Positions 39,421 through 49,490 of a stretch of 64,000 nucleotides of DNA are shown here, piece by piece (positions within the stretch are counted from its first letter, which is position 1; every line of letters begins with the position of its first letter). The DNA is from Candidatus Latescibacterota bacterium (lineage in GTDB: Bacteria; Latescibacterota; UBA2968): the NCBI GenBank assembly GCA_965198115.1, contig OZ240241.1, positions 6,272,001-6,336,000 on the forward strand, read 5' to 3'. The translations under genes were made by a program, and so were the position numbers. The notes beneath the pieces were generated by a model that made no database searches, was not told the DNA's origin, and saw nothing but the letters and a program-made list of their open reading frames with translations.

Positions 39421-40712
39421 GGGTTCGGAATAAATAAACGGTCGATCTCAATGTTGAGCCATTGGCCGGATCGTGTAGTTCCAGTCGCCGTGGAAATCGT
39501 GCGGAGTGAGATCGATTTGGGTCATCTGTTCATCGGTCACCTTGACCCCGTTAGGGTAGGGTCGCTTGTCGATCTCGGAGCGTACTCGGAGACCGGCTTG
39601 AGTGGTCGTTCCGGCAATGAGATTCACGGTTGCAGCCAGGCTGACCAGGGGCTTGCCTTGCCAGTTCATAGCGATGAAGGAGAACAGGCGATGTTCGATC
39701 TTGTTCCACTTACTAGTGCCAGGAGGGTAGTGGCATACGGTGATCGTCAGGCCAGTGCGATTCGCAAAGCGCTGCAGCTCCCACTTCCACAGCCGCGTCT
39801 TGGCGCCGTTGCTGCCGCTGCGTCCGCCGTGATTAGCAGACGCGTCGAAGTGCCGTAGGCGGGCCGTCCCATGTTCTTCCACCAACTTCGGATCGCATTC
39901 ACGGCGAAGCTGGCCGTGTCGTGATCGATACCGACACTTACCCAGCCTTCATCACGGCTCAGATCATACACTCCATAAGGGATCGCCTTGCCCTGAGCAG
40001 GCACTATGAAATCGTGTACCTTCACACGCTCCGGGTCTCCCTTGGGTCGCCATTCTCGGCCAGGATTCTTGAAGTCGCCGATCAACTCTTTCTTCTTGGT
40101 GTCCACCGAGATAACGGGAAGGCCCTGCTGCTGCTGCTGGCTAATCCGATCATCGAGGTAAACGAACTGAGCGTCCCGATCCGGGTGTGCAGATCCCTCC
40201 CTTGTCTTCCGATTCGCCTGCAGCGTGTAATCGTGTTCGTGCAGGAGATTGGCAACGATCCTGGGGCTCACCGAATGCCCCATCGCTTGCAACTCGGCGG
40301 CCAGTTTGCGAGTGCTCTTCGATGTCCATCTCAGAGGATTGTCGTCAGGCGACCCCGCAGTCGTTGGCTCGACCAGATCATTCAGGTCCTGCCACAGCGT
40401 CGGGTCCGTGTCGGCCTTCCGCTTACGACCGCCGCCTGGACGCCGGATGCGAGCCGGGTCCAAAGGTTCGTCCGACCTCAACTCCTGAATGCCACGAAAG
40501 ATCCGCTCTCTGGACATTCCTGTCGCCAGAGCCACAATCGCGATCCCACCGTGACCCAACGCTTCGGCTTCCGTGGCGGCCCACAGACGACGCGTGCGTT
40601 CCGTCAGCACCGGAGCCAAGGCTTCATACTTCGTTCGGAGAGTTTCGACGTCCACACTCCGAGCGTAAGATCATTACCTTGAAAAGTGCAGCACTTATTT
40701 CGTGGCAAACCC
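39421..40712 (-). mobile_element. ISAzo13 family insertion sequence (~1292 bp)
   Basis: Ends GGGTTCGGAATAAATAA / TTATTTCGTGGCAAACCC, each flanked by TAA. Confidence 0.9.
39448..40655 (-). CDS. ISAzo13 family transposase (1-bp deletion ~39820)
   Basis: RRPGGGRK, LRWTSKS, HPDRDAQF, ISVDTKKKELIG, DHDTASFA, corrected DAGGSNG, PPGTSKWNKIEHRLF, HGDWNY. Confidence 0.93.
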
Positions 40713-40825
40713 TAAACATCCCTGAGCAGATTCCGAAGAGGTTCCGCACACTCTAACCGCGCCCCCATGCCAGGAACCACGGCACCTTCACCCACTTCAT
40801 CTCGTTGAGAGATCCGGATATAGCC
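40713..40825 (+). mobile_element. 113-bp terminal remnant of the same ISL3
   Basis: Reverse complement of 14745-14857 (encodes NIPEQIPKRFRTL* plus the terminal IR), followed by T-rich target CTTTTTCT. Confidence 0.92.
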
Positions 40826-40846
40826 CTTTTTCTTTGAGGTGGATTC

Positions 40847-41881
40847 TTGCCTGGTCGATTTCTTGCAGGCGTCGGCGCGGTTATTCAGCGGGAGGATGGT
40901 CGGTTCCTGCTTCTCCAGAGGTCGACGGAGAAGGATTTTGCCGCCGGTGTTTGGGAATGCGTGACAGGCCGGCTCGAGCAGGGCGAGGGATATGAAGATG
41001 CGCTCGTGCGAGAAGTGTTCGAGGAAACGGGTCTGACCGTCCGAATCGATCGAATCCTGGACACGACGCACTTCTACCGGGGAGAACCGACTCGAGAGAA
41101 CGAACTGGTCGGGGTACTCTTTTTGTGCACGACACGTAATCCGAAGGCATTCGGACCGTCCGAGGAACACGTCGAGCATCGCTGGGTCACGACGGACGAG
41201 GCGATGGCCCTTTTGGGTGGAGAAGATCCGAGCACGCGATGGATGCGCGGTGTCGTCGGGCAGTTGCAGAAACTCAACCCCCCCAAGACGAAGGAACCCG
41301 TTGGAAAGCACTCTGAGCTTCCGACGCTGAAGACGGAGCGATTGATTCTACGCCCGTTTGTGGTCGACGATGCGGATCGTGTCGAGGAATTGGTGAGTGA
41401 CAAGGAGATCGCTGCCACAACGCTGAATATTCCGCACCCTTACCCCAAGGGCGGGGGTGAGAAATGGATCGCCACGCACCCCCGTGCATTCGCGAAGGAT
41501 AGGGGTGTGACGTTCGCTGTGACGTGCGAAGGCGAGCTGGTTGGCGCGATTTCGCTCCAGGGGATGAGCCGCAACCATCGCCACGCCGAGCTCGGATACT
41601 GGATCGGAAAGCCATACTGGGGAAAGGGATACGCGACAGAAGCTGCGAGAGCAGTCATCTCATTCGCGTTCGACGAACTGAACCTCATACGCGTTCATGC
41701 TCACCACATGGCCCACAACGCAGCGTCCGGCAGGGTGATGGAAAAGTGTGGGATGCTGCGTGAGGGGATGATGCGTCAGCATGTTCGAAAATGGGACGAG
41801 ATGCACGATGTCGTGTTGTATGGGATCGTGAGGAACAGCGCCACTGAGAGTGCTGAGGACACAGAGGGGAACCACAAATGA
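40847..41881 (+). CDS. NUDIX hydrolase - RimJ/RimL GNAT fusion
   Basis: Nudix box GRLEQGEGYEDALVREVFEETGL; LKTERLILRPF, ELGYWIG..YWGKGYATEAA, N.ASGRVMEKCG. Confidence 0.85.
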   Translation: MPGRFLAGVGAVIQREDGRFLLLQRSTEKDFAAGVWECVTGRLEQGEGYEDALVREVFEETGLTVRIDRILDTTHFYRGEPTRENELVGVLFLCTTRNPKAFGPSEEHVEHRWVTTDEAMALLGGEDPSTRWMRGVVGQLQKLNPPKTKEPVGKHSELPTLKTERLILRPFVVDDADRVEELVSDKEIAATTLNIPHPYPKGGGEKWIATHPRAFAKDRGVTFAVTCEGELVGAISLQGMSRNHRHAELGYWIGKPYWGKGYATEAARAVISFAFDELNLIRVHAHHMAHNAASGRVMEKCGMLREGMMRQHVRKWDEMHDVVLYGIVRNSATESAEDTEGNHK

Positions 41882-41900
41882 ACACGAAATGGACACAAAT
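41838..41900. repeat. 9-bp periodic GCGCCACTGAGAG.../ACACAAAT tract overlapping the CDS 3' end
   Basis: Same family as 11383-11403 and 43305-43356. Confidence 0.7.
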
Positions 41901-41950
41901 GCGAGATGGTCTAAACGTATTCCCTGTTCTGGCTAAAATTGAGGTCTGAC

Positions 41951-42373
41951 GTGGCGGTTCGGAAAGCCTTGCCGTCGGATGCGGCGAGATTGGCAGAGTC
42001 GAATCTTGCGTTCAATGAGGTCGATACTGCCGAGGTGTCCATCGAACGAAAACTGAAAGACGGATCATCTCCAGAGATCGTCTTGGTCGCGGAGTCCGCA
42101 GGAGAAGTCGTGGGTTTCGCGACGGCCCAAACGCAATCGTCGATCTGCTACGATGAGACGTGGGCGGAACTGGTCGAGCTTTTTGTTGACGAAGGATCCC
42201 GCAGAAAGGGCTGCGGACGCGCGCTGGTAGAAGGTATTGAACGAGCCATCCGCGATCAGGGCGGGTCATCCCTTTTTCTACGTACGAACCGAACGAACAA
42301 TGACGCACAAGCACTCTACCATTCTATGGGTTTCGAAAAGCAGACCAACGTGGTGTTTGAAAAGCGACTTTGA
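41951..42373 (+). CDS. GNAT N-acetyltransferase
   Basis: ELFVDEGSRRKGCG, N.DAQALYHSMGF; start uncertain (41939 or 41951). Confidence 0.88.
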   Translation: MAVRKALPSDAARLAESNLAFNEVDTAEVSIERKLKDGSSPEIVLVAESAGEVVGFATAQTQSSICYDETWAELVELFVDEGSRRKGCGRALVEGIERAIRDQGGSSLFLRTNRTNNDAQALYHSMGFEKQTNVVFEKRL

Positions 42374-42395
42374 TCGTAGGCCAGGAGGGTAGATC

Positions 42396-43304
42396 GTGAG
42401 TGACGCCAGCCCACGGATCGTAGAATTCGATAGCAAACACGCCGAAGCACTCCGCCAGGTCTTCGAGACGACGACGGCAGATTGCGCCCATTGTCATTCG
42501 GTAGATTCAGCCATCTTCGTAGAGACGCTGAGCGGCAAGACGGAGTCCGCTGTCAATGAGTGCGTTCTCGTTTCAATCGGACCGGAGGGTCCATCGGGAT
42601 TCTGTCACGCCTTGATTCAGAATCCGGAGGATCAGGAGGGGACGCTTGGGGCCATTCGGTTTCTGGGCTACGCACCGGGTGATCGCGGTTCGGGGCTGGC
42701 CCTACTCAGGGCGGCGGTTGACTACTGCCAGTCGTCGGGGGTGGCGCGAATACGCGCCTTCCATCAGAGGGAGCGGTACCCGTTTTACCATCGAAACCAC
42801 GCGTATCTATCCGACCGTATCGGCCATATTCAAGCACTTCTGTCGTGCGAAGGATTCAGGAAGCAGGGTGGTGAGGTCCACCTCGACTGGGAGAACTGCG
42901 AACCCGGCGAGCCGTTTGAAATCGAGCAACCCGTCGATCTGACGTGGGTGTCGGAGGAAAGCGCGGGATCGATACCCGCTTTCAAGGGTAAGGCGATGAT
43001 GGACGAGACGCTTGTCGGCGAGTGTCACGTGGCGTCGTGCGCCGACTGCCACGCGAGTCAGGGCGAGCGCCTTTTCGTCAACTGGCTGGGCGTCGAGGAA
43101 GATTTCCAGGGAAAAGGCTACGGCCGATACATTCTGCAGGAAGCGCTCAGGGAAGGAAGACGGTTGGGCTACCAACACGCGGCGATCAGTACGGCGTTCA
43201 ACAACCACCGGGCCTATGCCTTCTACACCAACTATGGATTTCGGGTGACGGATTGGACGTATGGCTGGGAGCTGAGCGACGATGGTAAAGGCGCCCAAGG
43301 TTGA
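42396..43304 (+). CDS. tandem-domain GNAT N-acetyltransferase
   Basis: LGVEEDFQGKGYG, NHRAYAFYTNYGF. Confidence 0.85.
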   Translation: MSDASPRIVEFDSKHAEALRQVFETTTADCAHCHSVDSAIFVETLSGKTESAVNECVLVSIGPEGPSGFCHALIQNPEDQEGTLGAIRFLGYAPGDRGSGLALLRAAVDYCQSSGVARIRAFHQRERYPFYHRNHAYLSDRIGHIQALLSCEGFRKQGGEVHLDWENCEPGEPFEIEQPVDLTWVSEESAGSIPAFKGKAMMDETLVGECHVASCADCHASQGERLFVNWLGVEEDFQGKGYGRYILQEALREGRRLGYQHAAISTAFNNHRAYAFYTNYGFRVTDWTYGWELSDDGKGAQG

Positions 43305-43356
43305 AACCACTGAGCACACAGAGTACACCGAAGAAGCGCCACTGAGAGCACCGAGG
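43305..43356. repeat. 9-bp periodic ACCACTGAGCACACAGAG tract
   Basis: AACCACTGAGCACACAGAGTACACCGAAG...GCGCCACTGAGAGCACCGAGG. Confidence 0.75.
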
Positions 43357-43408
43357 ATTTCAGGAAGCCGATGCGGATGAAGATGTCGCCTCGGTCTACC
43401 GTCCAGCC

Positions 43409-44965
43409 TCAAGTCGTGTGGCGTTGTTCTAGCGCTTCGTAGGCTTGGGTGAGGTCGGCGTAGACTTCTGCTGTGGCGGGGTCGGGGCGAACGGTCGAGC
43501 CGGCGATGGGCTGCGTGTAGGGATCGACGATTTCCTGCCAGGGAACGTCCGGACGGTGGCCTTGGGAAGCGCGAAAGGCGGCGCCGAGGGCTGCTCCGTT
43601 AGTCGTTTCGAATCGGTGCACGGGGCAGCCGTGCACGTTCGCGAAGATCTGAAGGATTTCCTCGTTGGCAGAGGCGCCACCCGTGACGTTGATGGATGTA
43701 ATGGCTACTTCCATCCACCGTGCGTGAATCTTGGATGACAAGGCTTGTGCTTCGACGACGGCTCTTACGTTGGCGGATGCATCGTCGTCGGCCAGGTTCT
43801 CGCGGACGACACCCGCGTTGGGGACGTGTGGCACGATTTCGGGATCGAAGTAGGGGAGCATCACTCCACCTTTGTTCCCGGGTGGCGTTGACCTGAGACT
43901 TTGCGTGAAGCCGTCCCAATCGAGGACGTAGCGATCGCGGATGGCCTCGCGGGCGAGACTGCCGTTGAGAAAACAGATCAGGGCCATGTAATGAACGTCG
44001 TCGGGGGATGCGAACAGACACCCCTCGCCTTCTTCGGAGACGACCGGTTCCGGGATGCAGGCGAACAAGGTGTCGCCCGTGCCGAGGCTGACGGCGACCT
44101 GTCCGGGTTCGACGAGCCCGAGCCCGATGAGGCTGCACGGGTTGTCACCCGAGAAGGGCAAGATGCGGCAGATGTCGTTCAATCCGAATCGTTCGACAAA
44201 ATAGGGGCTGATAGTGCCAACTGCCCGTGTCGATGGTGTGACAGGGAGTAGGCGGGCTGCAAGGTCAGGGGCCGTAGCGTCGAGGGCGGTCGGCGCCCAT
44301 TGTCGGGTACGGATATCCATCATGTTCGTACCGCTGCCGTCGCCTGCGTCGACGGGGACCAATTGTCCGACCAACAGGCTGGCGATGAACGAGCTGACGA
44401 GGCAGACGCAATCGGTCTGTTCGTATCCTTCCGGATCCTCTTGCCAGTATTTGCGAATCTGAGGACCACTGAACCGCTCGAAGGCGGTATTCCCGGTGAG
44501 TGCCAGCAGCTGAGCCGTGCCACCTACGTTGGATTCGATTTCGCGACACTGAGAGCCTGTCGACGTGTCCCTCCATATGGGCGCGGTCGCGCGGGAGAAA
44601 ATCCCGGTCACCTGGTCCCTCAATGGCCGATCGTGCGACAGCGACCCGAGGGTTTCTTCAGCAGTGTCGTTCAGGTAAACGGTTCCGTGTTGCTGACCGC
44701 TTCCAGCGATGGCTTCGATCCGGCCTACATCCACCGCCTCACGAAGACGATCGAAGAGCGCATCGAGTGCCTCGACCCACACGAGGGGATCACTGTGAAC
44801 CACGCCATCGCCCAGGTCGAGCGCGCCGCTTTCAAGACCATAGGCTTCCCCGAAATGTTCGTCGAAGTTGACGGAGATTTCAGCTACGATCGCCGCATCG
44901 TCGGTGCTGATGACGAGACCGGTCATCGATTGGGTGCTGGAATCGATTCCGAGGTAGAGAGACAT
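43409..44965 (-). CDS. xylulokinase (FGGY, eukaryote-type clade)
   Basis: LYLGIDSSTQS, GSGQQHGTVY, ERFSGPQIRK, GDNPCS, SLGTGDT, CFLNGSLARE, TGGASAN. Confidence 0.88.
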   Translation of the reverse strand: MSLYLGIDSSTQSMTGLVISTDDAAIVAEISVNFDEHFGEAYGLESGALDLGDGVVHSDPLVWVEALDALFDRLREAVDVGRIEAIAGSGQQHGTVYLNDTAEETLGSLSHDRPLRDQVTGIFSRATAPIWRDTSTGSQCREIESNVGGTAQLLALTGNTAFERFSGPQIRKYWQEDPEGYEQTDCVCLVSSFIASLLVGQLVPVDAGDGSGTNMMDIRTRQWAPTALDATAPDLAARLLPVTPSTRAVGTISPYFVERFGLNDICRILPFSGDNPCSLIGLGLVEPGQVAVSLGTGDTLFACIPEPVVSEEGEGCLFASPDDVHYMALICFLNGSLAREAIRDRYVLDWDGFTQSLRSTPPGNKGGVMLPYFDPEIVPHVPNAGVVRENLADDDASANVRAVVEAQALSSKIHARWMEVAITSINVTGGASANEEILQIFANVHGCPVHRFETTNGAALGAAFRASQGHRPDVPWQEIVDPYTQPIAGSTVRPDPATAEVYADLTQAYEALEQRHTT

Positions 44966-45094
44966 CTGGTTAGCCAGAATGCGACGTTGAAGGACTGAAC
45001 GATTGTTGAAGAAACAAAGGGATAGACTGGAGGGCAACTCGTGGGGACACAGTCCTTGAAGAACGGTCTGAAACGTGGTGTGGAGGGGTGTTGA

Positions 45095-46843
45095 GTGAAA
45101 GTCGGGGAGCGTGTTTCCCGTTTGCTTCGGTCGCCGCGCGTGGTCGTCTATGCGGTCGGTGTCGCGGTTCTGCTGAATTTGCCGTCGCTCGGCAACGGGT
45201 GGCAGATGGACGACCTGACCCATCGGGCTCAGTTTTTGGAAGTCGGTCCGATGACCGATTCGACCGACATGACGAATCGGATGTTCGATTTTCTGCGGGG
45301 AGACCCGGAGAAAATCAAGGCGTGGAAGGACATCGGTGTGTTGCCGTGGTGGGGCAACGACCGGTTGAAGTTCGCTTTTTGGCGACCGGTTTCGGCTCTG
45401 ACGCACGTAATCGACTATGCGCTCTGGCCTGATTCAGGTCCTTTGATGCACGCGCAGAATCTGGTCTGGATGGGGGCGCTGGTTGCCCTTGTCGGTCTCC
45501 TTTACCGTCGCTTGCTGTCTGTTTCCATCGCCGGTCTCGCTGTTCTGCTCTATGCACTGGACGATGCCCACGGTATTCCGGCGGGATGGCTCGCGAATCG
45601 GAACGCCGTGGTTGCCGCCGTGTTCGGATTCCTGAGTCTGATTGCACACCATCGCTGGCGGCAAGATGGGTGGCGTCCCGGTGGCCTGTTGGGTCCGCTG
45701 GCTTTCCTTGTTGCTCTGTTGGGTGGGGAGAGCGGTACCGGCATCGCAGCTTACCTTTTCGCCCACACCGTGTTTCTGGATGGGGAACGTGCGGCGTCTC
45801 GATTCAAAGTGCTGCTGCCTTACGTAGGTGTCGGTGGCGCGTGGTTGCTCTACTATAAAGCGGCCGGCTATGGAACATCCGGGTCCGGTTTCTATCTGGA
45901 TCCTCTCTCGGAGTCATCGGCGTTTCTCTCCGCGATGGTCGTTCGTGCACCCGTCCTTCTGCTGGGTCAGTGGTTTCTCCCGCCGTCTTCCTTCGCATTC
46001 ATGTGGACACCGGACCAGATGGTCATCGTCGCCTGTGTCGGTGTGGGTGTACTTACTCTGATCGGGTGGCTTCTATGGCCTATCCTGAAAAGCCGCGTGG
46101 AAGCCCGATTCTTCGCGATCGGTATGCTGATCGCGGTCGTCCCGACCTGTGCGACCATACCGCACGACCGCCTGCTGTTGTATGTCGGTTTCGGGGCGAT
46201 GGGTCTGTTGTCGCTGCTGATACACGCTTTAGCCGATGACATCGTGCGTTGGCGTCGTGTGCTGGGCTGGGTTTTCGTGGTCGTGCACGTCGTCATCGCG
46301 GCTCCCTTTCAAACGATTTTCGCGATGTCTCCAAAGACAATCGAGCCGGCGATTATAGGTCCTGGGCTCAGTCTGCCGGACGATCCAGCCCTGATCGACC
46401 AGCGCCTTGTGATCGTCAATGCGCCCTCGTTTTTCTACGCGCAGCCGACCATGCTCGTGCGTCGATTCGCCGATCGGCTATCGCCGAGGAGCTTGTTGAT
46501 GCTGGCTCCGGGAGTTACGGAGGTCACAGTCCATCGGCTTTCCGAGAACGAGATGACGGTCGATGTCGAAGATGGCTATCTGCTTTCGCCCCTGGACATT
46601 CTCTTTAGATGTTTGGACGATCCGATCGAAGACGACTATCGGATCGCATTAACCGGTGTGGAAGTTGCGCTGATGGAGAAGACCTCGGACGGTCGCCCGC
46701 AGTCGGCTGCGTTCACGTTCGATGTGAACGTCGAGGACGAGTCCCTCCGGTGGGTCAGATATGAAGAGGAGGTGTTCATTCCATTCGAGCTGCCCGCTGT
46801 TGGAGAGACCGTGACGCTCGAGGCGGTGGCGATTCCGTTCTGA
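45095..46843 (+). CDS. multi-pass membrane protein (GT-C/PMT-like)
   Basis: About 10 TM segments; DD in the first loop (QMDD), FWRPVS, WLANRN, DRLL. Confidence 0.75.
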   Translation: MKVGERVSRLLRSPRVVVYAVGVAVLLNLPSLGNGWQMDDLTHRAQFLEVGPMTDSTDMTNRMFDFLRGDPEKIKAWKDIGVLPWWGNDRLKFAFWRPVSALTHVIDYALWPDSGPLMHAQNLVWMGALVALVGLLYRRLLSVSIAGLAVLLYALDDAHGIPAGWLANRNAVVAAVFGFLSLIAHHRWRQDGWRPGGLLGPLAFLVALLGGESGTGIAAYLFAHTVFLDGERAASRFKVLLPYVGVGGAWLLYYKAAGYGTSGSGFYLDPLSESSAFLSAMVVRAPVLLLGQWFLPPSSFAFMWTPDQMVIVACVGVGVLTLIGWLLWPILKSRVEARFFAIGMLIAVVPTCATIPHDRLLLYVGFGAMGLLSLLIHALADDIVRWRRVLGWVFVVVHVVIAAPFQTIFAMSPKTIEPAIIGPGLSLPDDPALIDQRLVIVNAPSFFYAQPTMLVRRFADRLSPRSLLMLAPGVTEVTVHRLSENEMTVDVEDGYLLSPLDILFRCLDDPIEDDYRIALTGVEVALMEKTSDGRPQSAAFTFDVNVEDESLRWVRYEEEVFIPFELPAVGETVTLEAVAIPF

Positions 46844-46910
46844 TGGAGCCATTCAGTGATCGGTGACCATTGACAAGTGACCAAAGTAGTCGTTAAGACC
46901 AAGACGATAG

Positions 46911-46934
46911 AACGCCCCCTTTGTGGGGCGTTTT
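46911..46934 (+). terminator. intrinsic terminator
   Basis: AACGCCCC-CTTTGT-GGGGCGTT-TT. Confidence 0.7.
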
Positions 46935-47004
46935 CGCGTGAGTCCGGCGCGCAACCTATCTTAGACGCCCTTTCATACAGGATGGCAGCCATAGGAGATC
47001 GAGT

Positions 47005-47792
47005 ATGGGAAGATTCGACGGTAAATCGGTGATCGTGACCGGGGGGCGAAAGGAATCGGCCGGGGGATTTGTCTGGCTTTTGCGGAAGCCGGGGCCGGAG
47101 TGGTTTGCGCGGATGTGGATGAAGAAGCGGGAGCTGTGATCGTTGCGGACGCGGAGAAGCTCGCCGACACGCTCAGGTTCGAGGCGGCGGATGTTGCCAC
47201 TGCCGGACCGTGTGAGAAGCTCGTGGCGACCGCACAGGAGGCGTTCGGTGGACTGGACGTGATCTGCAATAACGTTGGAATCCAACCTACGAACAGTTAC
47301 ATGCGCGCCCACGAGCTCCCAGAGGAGATGTGGAATCGAATTCTGGACGTCAACCTGAAGAGCGCGTTTCTGATGATGAAGTACGGTTTTCCAGCGATGA
47401 AAGCTCGAGGCGGTGGCGTCGTGATCAATACCGCGAGCGTGCAGGGACTGCAGTCTGCACCGCAGGTATCGGCTTACGCGGCGACCAAGGGCGGGATCCT
47501 GTCTTTGACACGGCAGCTGGCGCTCGACTATGCGGTGGACAATATCCGAGTGGTCGCCGTGAATCCAGGCGCGATCGACACACCGCTGCTCGTGGGAGCT
47601 TTGGAGGCAACCGGGGGTGACACGCCGGAGGTGAGGAAGCAAATGGCCGAGGCGCATCCGATCGGTCGTACGGGGAAGCCCGAAGACATCGCGCGAGCGG
47701 TACTCTTTCTCGCAAGCGACGAGGCGTCGTTCATGACAGGATCCTACGTGAACGTGGATGGTGGGTTGATGGCCAAGGGTGCCTGGGCTTGA
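47005..47792 (+). CDS. SDR family oxidoreductase (frameshift in G-run 47041-47047)
   Basis: Corrected VTGGAKGIG, NNVG, YAATK, NPGAIDT, VDGG; AGGAG RBS. Confidence 0.9.
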
Positions 47793-47808
47793 GCTGCGCG
47801 CTATAGCT

Positions 47809-47843
47809 GTGGACGGTGGACGGTGGACGGTGCACGGTGGACG
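47809..47843. repeat. 7-bp tandem repeat (GTGGACG)x5
   Basis: Five units, one mismatch, just after the SDR stop. Confidence 0.9.
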
Positions 47844-47998
47844 GAAACTACGGGCTTCGCCCTCTCTGTAGAGATGGAAGACAGAGACGACGGCTTCGTA
47901 CGATCGCCGGTGGGAGCGGTCGCCCGACTGCGAACGGTTGGCGATTGGTCGTGGGCGGCAAAAACGGGCTCCGCCACTATGATGACGTGTGAGTGATA

Positions 47999-49101
47999 AT
48001 GTCTTCGATTCCATTCATATCTGAACCCGGCGAGATTACGACGGAGTGGTTGACGGGGGCCCTTCGGGAGTACAGGCACCTGACACGTGGTGCCGTGTCG
48101 GATGTGGTGTTCGACGAGCGGATGAAAGCCGATCGCCAGATCAATCGGGTGTCCGTGAAGTATTCTGCCGATGCAGCCGGGACGTTGCCTTCGACGATCG
48201 TGTTCAAGCAGAGCTCGAACGGGTCACGGAACGTTTCTGATGTTCGAACGTGCGCGGCTGTTCGAGAGGTGCTGTTCTACGATCACTTCGCTTCGATGAC
48301 GCCCGGATTAAACGTCGCGCGGTGCTATGCGACGGGCGTGGAGGAGACGGTCGGGCATTCGTTCCTGTTGTTGGAGGATCTGAGCGAGTCGCACGAGCTG
48401 GTTCCCGACAGTGGCACGCCTTCCCCGTTCGGCGGATGGAAGTGTTTCGATAATGTGACATCGTCCGAGTTCTGCGAGCTCGTCGAGACGGTGGCGGAAT
48501 TACACGCCGCGTGGTGGGGGAAACCCGAGATTCGGGAAGGCGTCTTCGCTTCGTCGACGGGCGATCTACCCAGCGTGGTCGATTCGGTGACAGACGCTTA
48601 CATCGATAGGGGAGTGGCGAAGTTCGAAGAGAAGGACGTGGATGATGAAACGCGGAGCATCTGTGTACGATGCCTTCAGACGTGGCCCACGCTTTACGCG
48701 AATGGGTGGACTCGGGCGGTGTCGAAACGTTGATCCACAATGACTATCACCTTAGAAATGTGTTGATGCCAATCGCGGACGATGGTCAGGTGATCATATT
48801 CGATTGGGAGAATCTCTGTCGAGGCATGGGTGTTTACGATGTCGCGCACATGCTCATTTGCTCCATGCTGGCGCCGACACATCGCAAGGTCTGTGAGAAG
48901 GCAGTGCTCGAGACATATGTGCAAACGCTCGAGGCGAACGGCGTCGAGGGGTATGACCGTGCTGCGTGCGAGCACGACTACCGGCTTGCGGTGATAGGAG
49001 CGATCGTTCACGTCTACGGGCCCTCGTCCATGCGGAACTCGGCGGTCGATGCCTTTCGCGCGTGGGACTGTGACGCTTTGCTTCGTGAGGTCGGAGCGTG
49101 A
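47999..49101 (+). CDS. aminoglycoside/ecdysteroid-kinase-like phosphotransferase (frameshift ~48700)
   Basis: REVLFY, LLLEDL, LHAAWW; TLIHNDYHLRN and FDWE in the second frame. Confidence 0.82.
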
Positions 49102-49475
49102 AGAAACTCCTGCTCGTCGGCCTCGGAGGCTTCGTTGGATCCATCTTGCGCTATTCGGTGAGCGGAACGGCTCATAGGATGACGGCGATGGTCACTTTTC
49201 CGATCGGTACCTTCACGGTCAACGCGCTGGGCTGTCTGGCAATCGGATTTCTGAGCGGCCTGGCCGAAGCGCGGGAGGTCATCAGCCCGCAGACAAGACT
49301 GTTTCTGATGATCGGTCTGCTCGGTGGATTCACGACGTTTTCCGCATTCGGTTACGAGACGTTTGCACTCGCGCGGGATGCGGAGCGCCTTCCCGCGCTG
49401 GTGAACGTGCTGGCGAGCGTCATCCTGGGCCTCGGCGCAGTATGGCTCGGACAGATTCTGGCGAGGTTGATGTGA
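49098..49475 (+). CDS. crcB: fluoride efflux channel CrcB/FluC
   Basis: GGFVGSILRY, FPIGTFTVNALG, GLLGGFTTFSAF. Confidence 0.95.
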   Translation: MKKLLLVGLGGFVGSILRYSVSGTAHRMTAMVTFPIGTFTVNALGCLAIGFLSGLAEAREVISPQTRLFLMIGLLGGFTTFSAFGYETFALARDAERLPALVNVLASVILGLGAVWLGQILARLM

Positions 49476-49490
49476 TACATACGTGGAAGG

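Noticed and set aside
39747-39885. Programmed frameshift in the ISAzo13 transposase
   Set aside because: There is no slippery heptamer; a single missing G in GCAGGCGGC explains it, matching the window-wide indel pattern.
47850-49097. Fluoride riboswitch for crcB
   Set aside because: crcB overlaps the upstream CDS, and no GGCGATGGNGTTCGCC...TAATGAC consensus was found.
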